From: Octopus vulgaris
Lineage: Eukaryota
Length of the DNA: 64,000 nt
Direction of reading: 5' to 3'
NCBI GenBank assembly: GCA_951406725.2
Contig: OX597814.1
Location: 87,482,001 to 87,546,000 of the forward strand
The translations under genes and the position numbers were made by a program. The notes beneath the pieces are model-generated. The model was given only the letters and a program-made list of their open reading frames with translations. It was not told the origin of the DNA and did not search any database. Each line of letters opens with the position of its first letter. Position 1 is the first letter of the stretch. Below are positions 38,110 through 50,804 of this stretch, one piece after another.

Positions 38110-39526
38110 CTAGAATAATGAGAAAATGGATATGGAGCCAACAATTTTGTTGTTCTTTATCCCCAAGTCAGTACTCATCAAAATCTTTACAAACTTACCA
38201 TTCCATCTTTTTCTAAACTACATAGCCAATTGTGTCCTTTTTTTTAAAGGACAGTTTGGTGTTATTTTAGGGAAATTTGGCTATTATTTCCAGCAGGTTG
38301 AGCAACCATATAAAAGCTCTCTCTCTCTCTTTTCTCTCACACACACAATGTAATAAAAAAGACAAAGTATTGAGACGTTACAAACTTGTGATATGGCTGC
38401 CATGTATTTGTAGCATACATACTACAGCATGTGACATAATCCTAATAATAACATTGGTCAATTGCTCTATAGGCCTTTTTAAACAGATGTTACACTTTGT
38501 AGGGTAAAATCAGAATATACAGATATTACAAGTAAGAAGCAACAACCAGCTCAACAAAATGAAAGAACAATGTAATGTAATGTAGAAATTTAGAGTGGTA
38601 TGTAGTAAAGCAATGTAGCGTAGCTATTGTTTAACTTCTAGGCCAATTTCGATAGAGGCAGAGCTATCATCAAAAGCATTCCAACTGTGAATATCTTGCC
38701 TTTTGGAGTTTACCTAGGACAACATTATCTAATGTATTTTTCTCTTTTTTTAAGACTATAGAGTATGATTTGACAGATATTTGACTGCTATTTCTACAAG
38801 GTTAAGTGACTATACAGACACTTGCTAATGCTGTAATATAGTGTGGTGTAATAATTGTGATTGCTATGTAGTTCTGATGCCTAGTTTGCTAGTTTTAAAT
38901 AACTAAGTGCAATTCGCAGTATACTATGCTGCTGCCTGTTTGTAGACCGTTGGAAATTCATCAGATTACACAGAGACTAATAAAGGTAAAAAACTGAAAA
39001 TTGGAGAAGAGGTCTGTGTTGTTTTCTTTTTTATTTTTGTATGCATAATTTATTTGATAATTTATGTTTGTCTATTTAGTACTTATATGGTTAAGAAAAT
39101 GTATGAATTAAACTGAAAGATCTAGTTGATTGTTTTTTAAATAAATTCATCTTAAATAAAATAAGTCAGTTGACGGAGATTTTAAAAATACTTGCAATGA
39201 TTTTTAACAAATGAATGAAATGATATTGAAGAAGTTTGCAGCAGGAAGAAGTACAGAGAACAGGAACACGTAATTTACAGCATTAGTTTATGACTTCTGT
39301 TCCAAAATCATCTAAGCTTGACTTCACTTTTTGTCTTTTAGCAATTAGTAATGTATTAATTGGCTGAAAAATATTCTTTCAATTAAAAAAATAATATACA
39401 TGTACTATGCTACTATATTTTAAGTAAACAATACCAAAATATTTATTGGACATGTAAGGTAATACAAAATTTTGAAACTGAAAAAAAAAAGCAATAGGTA
39501 AAAATATCAATAAAAATAATTAATAT

Positions 39527-40678
39527 AGCTTCCATTACCTAGGTGACCAAGTCAGTAGTGGGGTAGGGTGCACTGAAAGTGTAGCTGCTAGAATAAGAAT
39601 AGTCTGGGCAAAGTTCAGAGAGCTCTTACCTCTGCTGGTGACAAAGGGCCTCTCTTTCAGAGTAAAAGGTAGATTGTATGACGCATATGTACGAACAGCC
39701 ATGTTACATGGCAGTGAAACATGGGCCGTGGCTGCTGAGGACATGTGTAAGCTCGCAAGGAATGAAGCCAGTATGATCTGATGGATGTGTAATGTCAGTG
39801 TGCACACTCGACAGAATTTAAGTACCTTGAGAGAAAATTTGGACCTAAGAAGCATCAGATGTGGTGTGCAAGAGAGACGACTGCACTGATATGGTCATGT
39901 GGCGAGAATGGATGAGGATAGCTGTGTGAAAAAGTGCCACACCCTAGTGGTTGAGGGAACCTGTGGAAGAGGTAGACCCAGGAAGACCTGGGATGAAGTG
40001 GTGAAGCACAACCTTCAAACATTAGGCCTCACCAACGCAATGACTAGTGACCGAGACTTTTGGAAATATGCTGTGCTTGAGAAGACCCGGCAAGCCAAAT
40101 GAGACCATAACCTCATGGCCTATACAAGAAGTGTAACCAGCCCACTTATGTGTACTTTTCCTTCATTGGACACTAAACTCTGCTTGTGAAGACCTGTTGA
40201 GGCAAGTGAAATCAAAATCAAATTCGATGACTGGCATCTGTGCTAGTGGAGCGCTAACCGAGCGTGATCGTTGCCAGAGTGGCTAACTGGCTTCTGTGTC
40301 GGTGGAACGTAAAAAGCACCATTCGAATGTGATCGTTACCAGCATTGTACATTTTAAGCACAAAGCACTCAAATCACCAAAACCACATTATATTACCAGT
40401 GTTGCCTTACTGGCACTTATGCCGGTGGTACATAAAAAACACCATTTGAGTGTGGCTGTTGCCAGTACTGCCTGACTGGCCCTCATGCCGGTGGCATGTA
40501 AAAGCACCCACTACACTCTCAGAGTGGTTGTCACTAGGAAGGGCATCCAGCTGTAGAAACTTTGCCAGATCAAGATTGGAGTTTGGTGCAGCCATCTGGT
40601 TTGCCAGTCCTCAGTCAAATTGTCCAACCCATGCTAGCATGGAAAGCGGACATTAAACAATGATGATGATGATGATGA
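39527..40678 (+). mobile_element. RTE LINE 3' fragment with 3' UTR repeat units and (GAT)n tail
   Basis: Closely similar to 47137-47711 (YLGDQVSSG...HGSETW...GRPRKTW), followed by GGTGGCACGTAAAAAGCACC-type units and the shared tail. Confidence 0.92.
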
Positions 40679-40921
40679 CATCCTTGTATGCAGTATTTTT
40701 TTTTTGTGTGTGTATGGGATTCAATGGAACATTTTCCTTAGTTTCTATATGCTTGTAATATCTGGTGGTGGCAACTGAGGAGGCAAGCAAGATGAACAGA
40801 GTAAAACAGTGGCTCTTCCTCAGTAATTTAAGAACTGATGAGATTAGTGATGCTGACATTGCGTGTGTGTGTGTGTGTGTGTGCATGTTGCTGCTATTGT
40901 CATTGTTGTTTATGGTATAAC

Positions 40922-41395
40922 ATCAAAATCAAATTCGATGACTGGCGTCCCGTGCTAGCGGGGTACAAAGAGCACCATATGAGTGTTACCATTGACAGAG
41001 TGGCTAACCAGCTTCCATGCCAGTGGCACTTAAAGAGCACCATCTGAGCGTGATCGTTGCTGGAGCGGCTATCTAACCTCCATGCCGGTGGCATGTAAAA
41101 GACACCATTCGAGCGTGATCGTTACCAGCATCGCTTTACTGGCACCTGTGCTGGTGGCATGTGCAAAAGATTCGAGCAAGGTCGTTGCCAGTACCGCCTG
41201 ACTGGCCCCGTGCCGGTGGCACGTAAAAGCACCCACTACACTCTCGGAGTGGTTGGCGTTAGGAAGGGCATCCAGCTGTAGAAACTCTGCCAGATCAAGA
41301 TTGAAGACTGGTGCAGCCATCTGGTTTGCCAGCCCTCAGTCATTCGTCCAACCCTTGCTAGCATGGAAAGCGGACGTTAAACGATGATGATGATG
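40922..41395 (+). mobile_element. RTE 3' UTR-only copy (5 repeat units + tail)
   Basis: ATCAAAATCAAATTCGATGACTGGC start as at about 40210; repeat units; GGAAGGGCATCCAGCTGTAGAAAC; (GAT)n. Confidence 0.88.
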
Positions 41396-42602
41396 TGCAT
41401 TGTAATATAATGTGGTTTTGGTGATTTGAGTGGTTTGTGCTTAAAATGTACATCAGGAGACATCTCAAAAGTTTTAACACACTCCAGTATTGCAATATTT
41501 CTAAAAATTTTCCTCTCAAATTGTTTCTTGGGTTGAATCATTCCAGCTGACATTAATTTGATTAAGTCCCAGTGCATGGTTCCTTGGGCAAACATCTTCT
41601 ACTATAGCGCCATGCCAACCAATGCCTTATGAGCAACTTTGATAGATGAAAACTGTTTTGAAGCCCATCATATATGTGTGTGTGTGTGTGTGTCTTTGTG
41701 TTTGCTCTCCTGCCACTCGCACTTGACAACTGGTATTGGTTTATTTATGTCCCCATAATTTAGTGGTTCTGCAAAAGACACTGATAGAATAAGTAACATT
41801 TTAAAAATAAGTACTGGGGTTGATTTATTCAACTAAAGCCCTTCAAATGGTGCCCCAGCATGGCTGCAGTCCAATGATTAAAATAAGTAAAAGATAAAAA
41901 GAGATAAATATCATGGATTCAAACTCTAGCAATGACATCATAGTGGAAAGTAGACTACACTTCGATTTTCTGGCAGAAGTAAAACCAAAAAGGATCAAAC
42001 TTTAAGTCTCTTGGACAATGCCTGATTTTCAGAACTAGCAATCTATCTTAGTATGGAAAATCCAAAAGAAATTTGAGGTAATTAACAAATATATTGAGTG
42101 AATTTGGAACCATAATATTAGATTTGTTTTATAATTATAACCTTAGACTTAAGAGATCTTACTTCATTGCTTGAATTAAACCATATTACTATGAGTGGTT
42201 CAATTTTTTGATTTTTGGATATTTCTTTATTGTTGGAGCAATTGAAGCAGGGTTCAATGAAGGATTGATGACTCGTATTTGGTGACCCATGGCCAAGAAT
42301 TTAACTTTCTGAAGCCCAGTTAATCTAGATATAAATGGGTACTATGGGCTAACTATAATTGAACCAATATAAACATGGCATCACTATCATGTATGTATTA
42401 GTTTGCAGTGCTAAAGAGAATGCAAATTCTCAAAAAGCTAACAGGAATCCATTTGAGGATATATTCAACCATGAAGTAACGGCAGTTATTAGTAGCTAAG
42501 CATATTTAGGTAAACAATGTAATGAGACTAGAGGCTTATAGTATTATAGAAAAGAAAGAGAAGGAATGATTTCTTGAACCAAAGAGTGTAATATTGTTAT
42601 AC

Positions 42603-43054
42603 TTGTTTTTCTTTTCCATCAATGCCATTTCCGTTTTCAGGTGCTCAGTTTCAGTCACTAATGTTTCAATCTGTCGGCAAATAACACCGAGGTCTTTGTC
42701 CTGTTCATAACTATACTTTGTTGTTTCGTTGAATGACATCCAGGAATCATCTATTTCTGGCTTTATTATTAGCTTGTTGACATTAGATGGCAAATTCAAT
42801 TTTTGGCATGTCTTGAAAATGGCGAATGCAGATCTTTTGAAACTTCTCTGAATGACGGAACATGACTCACATGGCAAAAAAGCAGTCTCAACTGTTTGAG
42901 TTGACTTGAAACACATATCTTTTGACATGAAACTGTAGAGACTTCCATCAGGTGACATAGGCTTGCGAGATGAAGAATGTGAAATATTTGGTGCTGATTT
43001 ACAAGTGCTGGTTTCATGGTGATCAGTAACATGCTGCTTTTTTTTATCTTTTAA
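42603..43054 (-). CDS. CCDC157: CCDC157 coding exon 3
   Basis: TTCTTTAG|TTA AAA GAT...; contains STQTVETAFLPCESC, the conserved sQTxETxxxPCxxC motif; donor AA|GTATAA (phase 2). Confidence 0.88.
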
Positions 43055-43689
43055 CTAAAGAAAATAAACAGAATTAAAATAATAAGATTAATAACTTTAT
43101 AATGATACTATTTTACCAAAAATAAAGGAAGATTAAAACAGTTTTCCAAAGGTTTTGTAAAGATGATGTGACAAAAGATGATTGTAAAGATGATTTTCCA
43201 AAGGTGTTGTAAAGATGATGGACAGTGAAAAAGATACAGAGGAATAAATGAATATATCAAATAATGGAATAACTGATGGATGTATGGATAGTCAGATGGT
43301 TAAAATGAAAGGTGAGCACACAAAAATTGAGGAATAAAGTAATTGAAAGGTGCAGAGAAGTCCGGGTAAAAGAAGAGATAAATGGAAGAGACAGACGGAT
43401 ATCGTTTCTAAAAAATGAAAGTAAACAATTACTGGATATATTTTAATGTCCAGAATAACAATTACATATTGTGAATAAATTCTAAATTTCATATCAGAAG
43501 TGAAACTCATCAAAGAAGAAGTATCCAACAACTGGAATTAGCAACTATCACTAAAATGAATGAACAGACAAAGCTATTTGATTAAGAAGTTCATTTCACA
43601 GCCTTGGGCTAGTATCCTGTATTATAGCTTCAGCTTATCTTGTGAGTAAAATTTGGTAAATGGAAACCCATCATACACACACACACACA

Positions 43690-45218
43690 CACACATAAAT
43701 TGAATAATTCTAACCAATCAGTATCAAGTAGATCAGTTGCATTTTTAAAAACAGAGACTTTCGCTTTGCATGTTTTCCCTCGAAATGTGACATTAGTCCA
43801 TGTTTCACCTATGAAATGTAATTTGTCACCTTTCACGCTAATAGTAGATTTCACTGTTTTTCTCAAAACAGGTTTCCCCATTTTCTTCCATATGTCCATA
43901 TTTATTATTGAAATATCACTTCCAATTGAAATTTAATATGTATTCCATTTATTTTTACGTGTATGAATTTTCTTATTTGGGAGTCAATTTTTGTTTCTGC
44001 TGGGAGCACTCCAAGATTTTTAATGTTTGAACTTTGTAATTTTGTTCTGCAGTATGAACTCTTATGACCAATTCTTTTGCAACTGTAAACATTTTTGATT
44101 TTTAAATGGAGTCTTTTCTGAAATGTATGCCCCCACATCCATAACATGGATTAGGATGTGGTGCACTTTTTGATTGTACTTTTCCAGTCAGTGTATCTGT
44201 ATTTTCTTGAATTTTTTCAACATTGTGTTTCAGATTTACCATCCTTTGGCATTCTTCTGCCATTGACTATAAGGTTAGATCTTGGTTCACTTGTTCCAAT
44301 TTAGAAAAACTTTTTGCCCAAATTTCTGCATCCTTGTTTGCTGTAAGGCTTTGTATGAAAATGAAACACTTGAACATCTCAGGTGTAAGTTCTTTGAGCT
44401 TAGTAAAATCAGCATTCTCTTTTTTTGTTATATTACAACACTCCATTTGAGTGCTAAATAGAGACGTTTTATCACCAAATATATTAGACAGTAATTCTAT
44501 TGTTTCTTTGAAACAAATTTCATTGAGTTTTTTAGGCAACATGAAATTACAGTAACATTCATGCTCTAACAGAGCTAATTTTCGCAGTAACAATCTCTCT
44601 TTTTGTTTGTCCGACCATGATTTGCTATCTTGCTGAAAAATCTCCTTATACCTTCTCTAGTAAAATGCAAAAGTTATACCCTCGTCTGGGGTATAACTGA
44701 ATTCATTAATCGAGTTCGAAATGCCATTGGTGAAAACAAACTTACTTCACTTTTGGACTTCTTTGAATATAGCTCCAATAATTGTTCTTGTTGTAGTTGT
44801 AGCTGTAATAGTTGCTTCTGCAACTCCTGCTGCTGCTCTTGTTGCTTTTATAACTGTACTATGGAAGTTAATAGGTATTTTGTTATTTAACAAGTTGTAT
44901 CACGAACAAATTGTTAAATAACCTATGTGAGCTTCGAAAAGCTCGTCGCCAGAAGTTGTAATGTAATTTGTTACGTACGATAAATAAAATAACCAGACAA
45001 CAGTAAAAACAATGTAACAAACTAACAAATCTCTTTACGAACTAACAATCAATATTCCTTGTGAACTAACCAACCAACACCTCCTGACTTCACTAGAAAC
45101 TATCACAAACTTTACTTGACTCTGAACTCTGAACCTTGAACTCACTCAGATCATTACTATTTATAATTTACTCAGACCAATCTATCTCTTGCAAGGGGCG
45201 TTGTAGATCTAATCACAA

Positions 45219-45220
<2 letters not shown>
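43690..45220 (-). mobile_element. Gypsy (Mag-like) LTR retrotransposon 5' relic: LTR 45220-44957, PBS, decayed gag and protease
   Basis: TGTTGTG...CATTACA LTR of about 264 bp, then ACTTC TGGCGACGAG PBS, polyQ gag, Zn knuckles (PCYGCGGIH, YSCKRIGHKSSYC), VKING..IKFQL protease region. Confidence 0.85.
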
Positions 45221-45271
<51 letters not shown>

Positions 45272-45649
45272 AATAATCTTATGATTTGCAACACTAACTT
45301 CAGGAAACCTACCAGCCACCTAGTCACCTACCGATCGGGCCAACATACCAGCCAAATTGACTACATCCTTGCCAGGCAAAGGGAGAGATGGCTACTTATA
45401 AATGCCAAAACCTTCCCAGGCGAAGAATGCACCCCACAACATAGACTGTTAGTTAGTGACTTTAGGATCAGGAGTAGGAGGACAACCAGAAGACGACCAA
45501 CATGGAGAAGAAGGATCTGGAAGCTTAAGGATCCTGTGAATGGACAGAGATTTAGAGACATGTTACTTGAAGCCTTTGACGAAGTAGAAGGGGATAGTGT
45601 ATCACATGGGGTAGAGGACAACTGGACGTTTCTAAGGGACAACCTGCTG

Positions 45650-47711
45650 GTGGTGGTGGAACAGTGTCGTAGACAGGGCTATTAGAGAAAAGAGACAGAC
45701 TTGGAAGCACTGGAAGAATGGTGGTAGCAGGGAATTGTATCAGACTGCTAAAAGGGAAGCTAGGAGACAGGTCTATCTAGCCAGAGGGGAAGCAGATAAG
45801 AAAAAATTTGCCAATGTTCTGCGCCGTGAGGACCAAAGACTGGAGGTGTTTCGCGTTGCAAGACAGTGTGTGAGAGAGAATTGTGATGTGGTGGGAGAGA
45901 AGTGTGTTCGCATGGAAGATGGTTCACTTGCGCTAAACGAGGATGCAAAGAGAGAGGCTTGGAGATGCCACTATGAAAGGTTGCTGAATAAAGAAAATGA
46001 ATGGGATAAAGAGAGTCTGCCGAACGTTGACCCAACAGAGGGACCAGCTATCAGGGTTGATAGTTCCTTAGTAGCTAAGGCAATTAGAAGCATGAAGACA
46101 GGGAAAACCCCAGGCCCATCAGGTATCACTGCAGAGATGCTCAAAATATCTGGTAGTGTCGGCTATAGCCTAGTCACCTGTATAGTTAATCAGGTGATAC
46201 ATGAAGGAGTCATACCCAATGACTGGTGTAGCAGCATAATAGTCAACTGCTACAAAGGTAAAGGTGATGCCCTAGATACAAATAATTACAGAGGTATCAA
46301 GCTGTTGGATCAGGTGATGAAGGTTACAGAGAGGGTCATAAGCCAACTAATTAGAGAGAGAGTTAGTTTAGATGAGATGCAGTTTGGTTTCGTGCCAGGG
46401 AAAAGTACCACTGATGCTATATTCCTGGTAAGACAGCTGCAGGAGAAATACCTAGCCAAAGATAAGGCCCTGTACCTGGCTTTTGTTGACATGGAGAAAG
46501 CCTTCGACAGGGTCCCCCGATCCCTCATATGGTGGTCAATGAGGAAACTAGGAATAGAAGAATGGTTAGTGAGAGCTGTGCAAGCCATGTACAGGAACGC
46601 TGCTAGTAAGGTGAGGGTTGGAAATGAGTACAGTGAAGAATTCCGGGTAGAGGTAGGGATCCACCAAGGCTCAGTCCTCAGCCCCCTCCTATTTATCATA
46701 GTCCTCCAGGCAATAACGGAGGAATTCAAGACAGGATGCCCCTGGGAGCTCCTCTATGCTGATGACCTTGCTCTAATTGCTGAGTCATTATCAGAACTGG
46801 AGAAGAAGTTTCAGGTGTGGAAGCATGGTTTAGAATCGAAGGGCCTTAGAGTCAACCTAGCTAAAACCAAAGTCGTAATAAGTAGGAAGGTAGACAAATC
46901 ACAAACGCCTTCAGGTAGATGGCCCTGCTCGATCTGTAGAAAAGGTGTAGGTAGAAACTCTATAAGATGCACCAAGTGTAAGCTATGGACACATAAGAGG
47001 TGCAGCAATGTCATAGGAAGGCTAACTAGGAAGATGGTTTTTGTATGTGGCAGATGCTCGGGAGCATTAACCTCTGAAAATCTGCAGAAAACAACTTCCG
47101 TCACTTTCCAGGGGGAAAAACTAGAAGTAGTTGATAGCTTCCGTTATCTTGGTGACCAAGTCAGTAGTGGGGGTGGGTGTGCTGAAAGTGTAACGGCTAG
47201 AGTAAGAATAGCCTGGGCAAAGTTTAGGGAGCTCTTACCTCTGTTGGTGACTAAAGGCCTCTCGCTCAGAGTAAAAGGCAGACTGTATGATGCATGTGTA
47301 CGAACAGCCATGCTACATGGCAGTGAAACATGGGCCGTGACTGCTGAGGACATGCGTAAGCTAGCGAGAAATGAAGCTAGTATGCTCCGTTGGATGTGTA
47401 ATGTCAGTGTTCATAGTCGACAGAGTGTAAGTACCTTGAGAGAAAAGTTGGACCTAAGAGGAATCAGATGTTGTGTGCAAGAGAGACGATTGCGCTGGTA
47501 TGGTCATGTGGTGAGAATGGATGAAGATAGGTGTGTGAAAAAGTGCCACACCCTGGCAGTTGAGGGGACCTGTGGAAGAGGTAGACCCAGGAAAACCTGG
47601 GTCGAGGTGGTGAAGCACAACCTTCGAACTCTAGGTCTCACCAAGGAAATGACCAGAGACCGAGACCTATGGAAGTATGCTGTGCGTGAGAAGACCCGGC
47701 AAGACCAGTGA
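45650..47711 (+). CDS. RTE ORF: reverse transcriptase with internal Cys/His (PHD-like) finger
   Basis: Open from WWWNSVV at about 45650 to TGA at 47711. Motifs NYRGIKLL, FVDMEKAFD, HQGSVLSP, LYADD, WPCSICRKGVGRNSIRCTKCKLWTHKRC...FVCGRC, HGSETW, GRPRKTW. A deletion near 45648 separates it from the upstream APE frame (45281-45648). Confidence 0.92.
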
Positions 47712-47757
47712 GAACAATCAAAATCAAATCATATATCAGAAAGCAGGGGTTAAGTGA

Positions 47758-48616
47758 CCCATCTGTTCGTGTCCGCTGTCAGCCTCGTCTGGCACCCGTG
47801 CCGGTGATACGTAAAAGCACCATTCGCTCATGGCCGTTTGCCAGCTCTGCCTGGCCCCGTGTCGGTGGCACGTAAAAGCACCATCCGTTCGTGTTCGTTG
47901 CCAGCCTCGCCTGGCCCCGTGCTGGTGACACGTAAAAGCACCGTCCGTTCGTGGACGTTGGCCAGCTCTGTCTGGCCCCGTGTCGGTGGCACGTAAAAGC
48001 ACCATCCGTTCGTGGCCGTTTGCCAGCTCTGTCTGGCCCCGTGTCGGTGGCACGTAAAAGCACCATCTGTCCGTGTCCGTTGCCAGCCTCGGCTGGCCCC
48101 CGTGCCGGTGACACGTAAAATCACCGTCCGCTCATGGCCGTTTACCAGCTCTGTCTGGCAACCGTGTCGGTGGCACGTAAAAGCACCATCTGTTCGCGTG
48201 CGTTGCCAGCCTCGGCTGGCCCCCGTGCCGGTGACACGTAAAAGCACCATCCGTTCGTGGCCATTTGCCAGCTCTGTCTGGCCCCGTGTCGGTGGCACGT
48301 AAAAGCACCATCCGTCCGTGTCCGTTGCCAGCCTCGGCTGGCCCCCGTGCCGGTGACACGTAAAAGCACCATCCGTCCGTGTCCGTTGCCAGCCTCGGCT
48401 GGCCCCCGTGCCGGTGACACGTAAAAGCACTGTCCGTTCGTGGCCGGTTGCCAGCTCTGTCTGGCCCCGTGTCGGTGGCACATAAAAATACCATCCGTTC
48501 GTGTCCGTTGCCAGCATCGCCTGGCCCCGTGCCGGTGACACGTAAAAGCACCATCCGTTCGTGGCCGTTCGCCAGCTCTGTCTGGCACCTGTGCAGGTGG
48601 CACGTAAAAAACACCC
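47758..48616 (+). repeat. Tandem array of 14 units of ~61 bp, two variants (A/B), in the RTE 3' UTR
   Basis: Unit CCATCCGTTCGTG...GCCAG-n6-CTGGCCCCGTGYCGGTGRCACGTAAAAGCA; order read by eye A B A B B A B A B A A B A B. Confidence 0.92.
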
Positions 48617-48789
48617 ACTACACTCGCGGAGTGGTTGGCGTTAGGAAGGGCATCCAGCCGTAGAAACACTGCCAGATCTGACTGGGCCTGACGAAGCCTT
48701 CCAGCTTCACAGACCCCAGTTGACCCGTCCAACCCATGCTAGCATGGAAAACGGACGCTAAACGATGATGATGATGATGATGATGATAG

Positions 48790-48826
<37 letters not shown>

Positions 48827-48853
48827 TACAGATATATATATATATATATATAT

Positions 48854-48914
<61 letters not shown>

Positions 48915-49336
48915 TACAGATACAGATATTGTGTGTGTGTGTGTGTGTGTAGGTGTGTAGAGATATAGATATTATCATTATCATCATCATGCATTATAAT
49001 TTGGAAGGAGTAACGAGATATGAGTGGTAGAAGACGAGGAGGAACTGAGTATGCATATATATATATATATATAGTGTGTATAATCTGAGCCTGGAATGCA
49101 CATGGAGAATTCAAATATAACATTAAAACATTAGAAATAAAATGTAAACACAAAACCAAATAAGATATAATAAATAAAATGATACTACAACAAATAAGGT
49201 AGGAACTCGAGGGGTTCCAACCAATCAAAAAACTTAAAAGTTTCTTTTTTTTTTTAAGATTCTTTCACACTTCTATTTTATTGTAAGTGTCTATTTGAAA
49301 TATAGAAAAATAGCTGTAAAAAAAGGAAAAGCTTAC

Positions 49337-49529
49337 CTCATCTAAAATACGAAGTAAAGTTTTCTGCAGGAATTCATGCAAAACCCAGCTCTGACGAGCA
49401 ACAAGTCCTACAGAATTGTTGCCAGCTTCTAAATTTGAGCTATTTAAGAGTAATATGCTTTTTCCTTTTGTTAACATTTTCAAAAGACTTTTACTAAATT
49501 CATTTGAAACATGAAGAAGATAGACCATT
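49337..49529 (-). CDS. CCDC157: CCDC157 coding exon 2
   Basis: TTTCCAG|A ATG GTC... (R)MVYLLHVSNEF...SVGLVARQSW...ILDE|GTAAGC; phase 2 to 0. Confidence 0.85.
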
Positions 49530-50804
49530 CTGGAAATAAAGAAAAAATTTAAAGTATTTTCTATCATTATTAACAACTGGTTCAAGCATTTTAAATTATT
49601 CTTTTTCAAACATATTGCTTTCAAATTTTAATACAAGGCCAGTAAATTTTACTAACCCACATAGATGAAAGGCAAAGCTAACCTTGGTGAAATTTGAACT
49701 TAAAACAAAGACAAACAAAAATGCTGCTAAGCATTTAACCCAGCATGCTAACAACTCTGCCAGCTCACCTGATCATATTAATTCCATTATACAGTACATA
49801 AGGTATGGCATTTTAGAATTTTGTGAGAAGGAATATTTCAAGTTTTAGATTATCCTTTATCAAAGAGCATTGCTCCAAATATAAGATTTTCATTCTCTTC
49901 ATAGGACATGAACATAGTCTTTTCATTTCTTAGTTTGTTTATAGCATTACAGATAAAGCCATGCTGGTGACCCACCATATATGATTTTTATCAAATCAAT
50001 TCTTGCCAACACAGACTACCAATAAATTCTAGTGATTGTGTTCCATTGTAGAATTTCAATAATATATTACATGCAATAACCAGATTAATATAAGTTTAGA
50101 GAGAACCAGTAATAAAGAGGTTATTTTTACTTTCCTCAACAGTTTAATGAGTGCTGTGAATGATTGAGTCAGTGGAGTAACAAACAATAATCATCAGAAG
50201 ACTAGTCATTTACTTTTCACTTCAGCTCTACTGCATTTTTGGCTAAGACACATAATTCTTATTAGCTCAGTTCACCTAGTTGTAAATGCAAATTTTTGTG
50301 AATTTATACTACTCTTTTTAATTGAACAACTGAATTAGTTGATTTGCAAGAAAAAGCAGCCAAATCTTCTTTAGATAACATTCGACCATCTTGAAAAAGG
50401 AAGGATGTATTTGGATAATGTAATCTTATTATGTCTGAATAAAAGTTGATATGATCATGGCTGAAACACCTTTGAGAATTAATCTGTTCATTCATAGCTG
50501 ATCCTGTGGCTAAAGAATTACAATCAAAACAACTTGGTGTTGATTGACAATAACAATAGAGATGCTGGTGAAGGATGGAATAGATTAAATTTGTAACATT
50601 ATAAACTTAGCAAGTGTGTTGTTAGCTCATGGTGATAAGCTTGTTCTTCCTGTGGAGTTCAACTGTGATGGAAACCTTAACATCAAAACCATTATTTCTA
50701 ATTTTATTACCATCATACCATTATGAACTCAAGATGAAATCAGACAAATAGAGAAAATAAAAAACACAAATAAATTCAAAGAACCAACAGTAAACTTTCC
50801 TCAC

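Larger units (their letters stand above)
45269..48786 (+). mobile_element. RTE-clade LINE, young 5'-truncated copy with repeat-expanded 3' UTR and (GAT)n tail
   Basis: APE C-terminus (SQIDYIL, PQHRLL), RT, 3' UTR ending GGAAGGGCATCCAGC...CATGCTAGCATGGAAA...AAACGATGATGATG. Flanked by (TA)n and (GATA)n(TA)n. Confidence 0.95.

Noticed and set aside
40484-40500. Apparent compensatory change CATGCC..GGCATG vs CGTGCC..GGCACG in the repeat stem
   Set aside because: Both substitutions are CpG deaminations, so this is not independent covariation evidence.
47758-48616. CRISPR-like repeat/spacer appearance and several overlapping ORFs on both strands
   Set aside because: The 'spacers' are just two recurring variants, there are no cas genes, and the context is a eukaryotic LINE 3' UTR. 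The ORFs are by-products of a GC-rich repeat.
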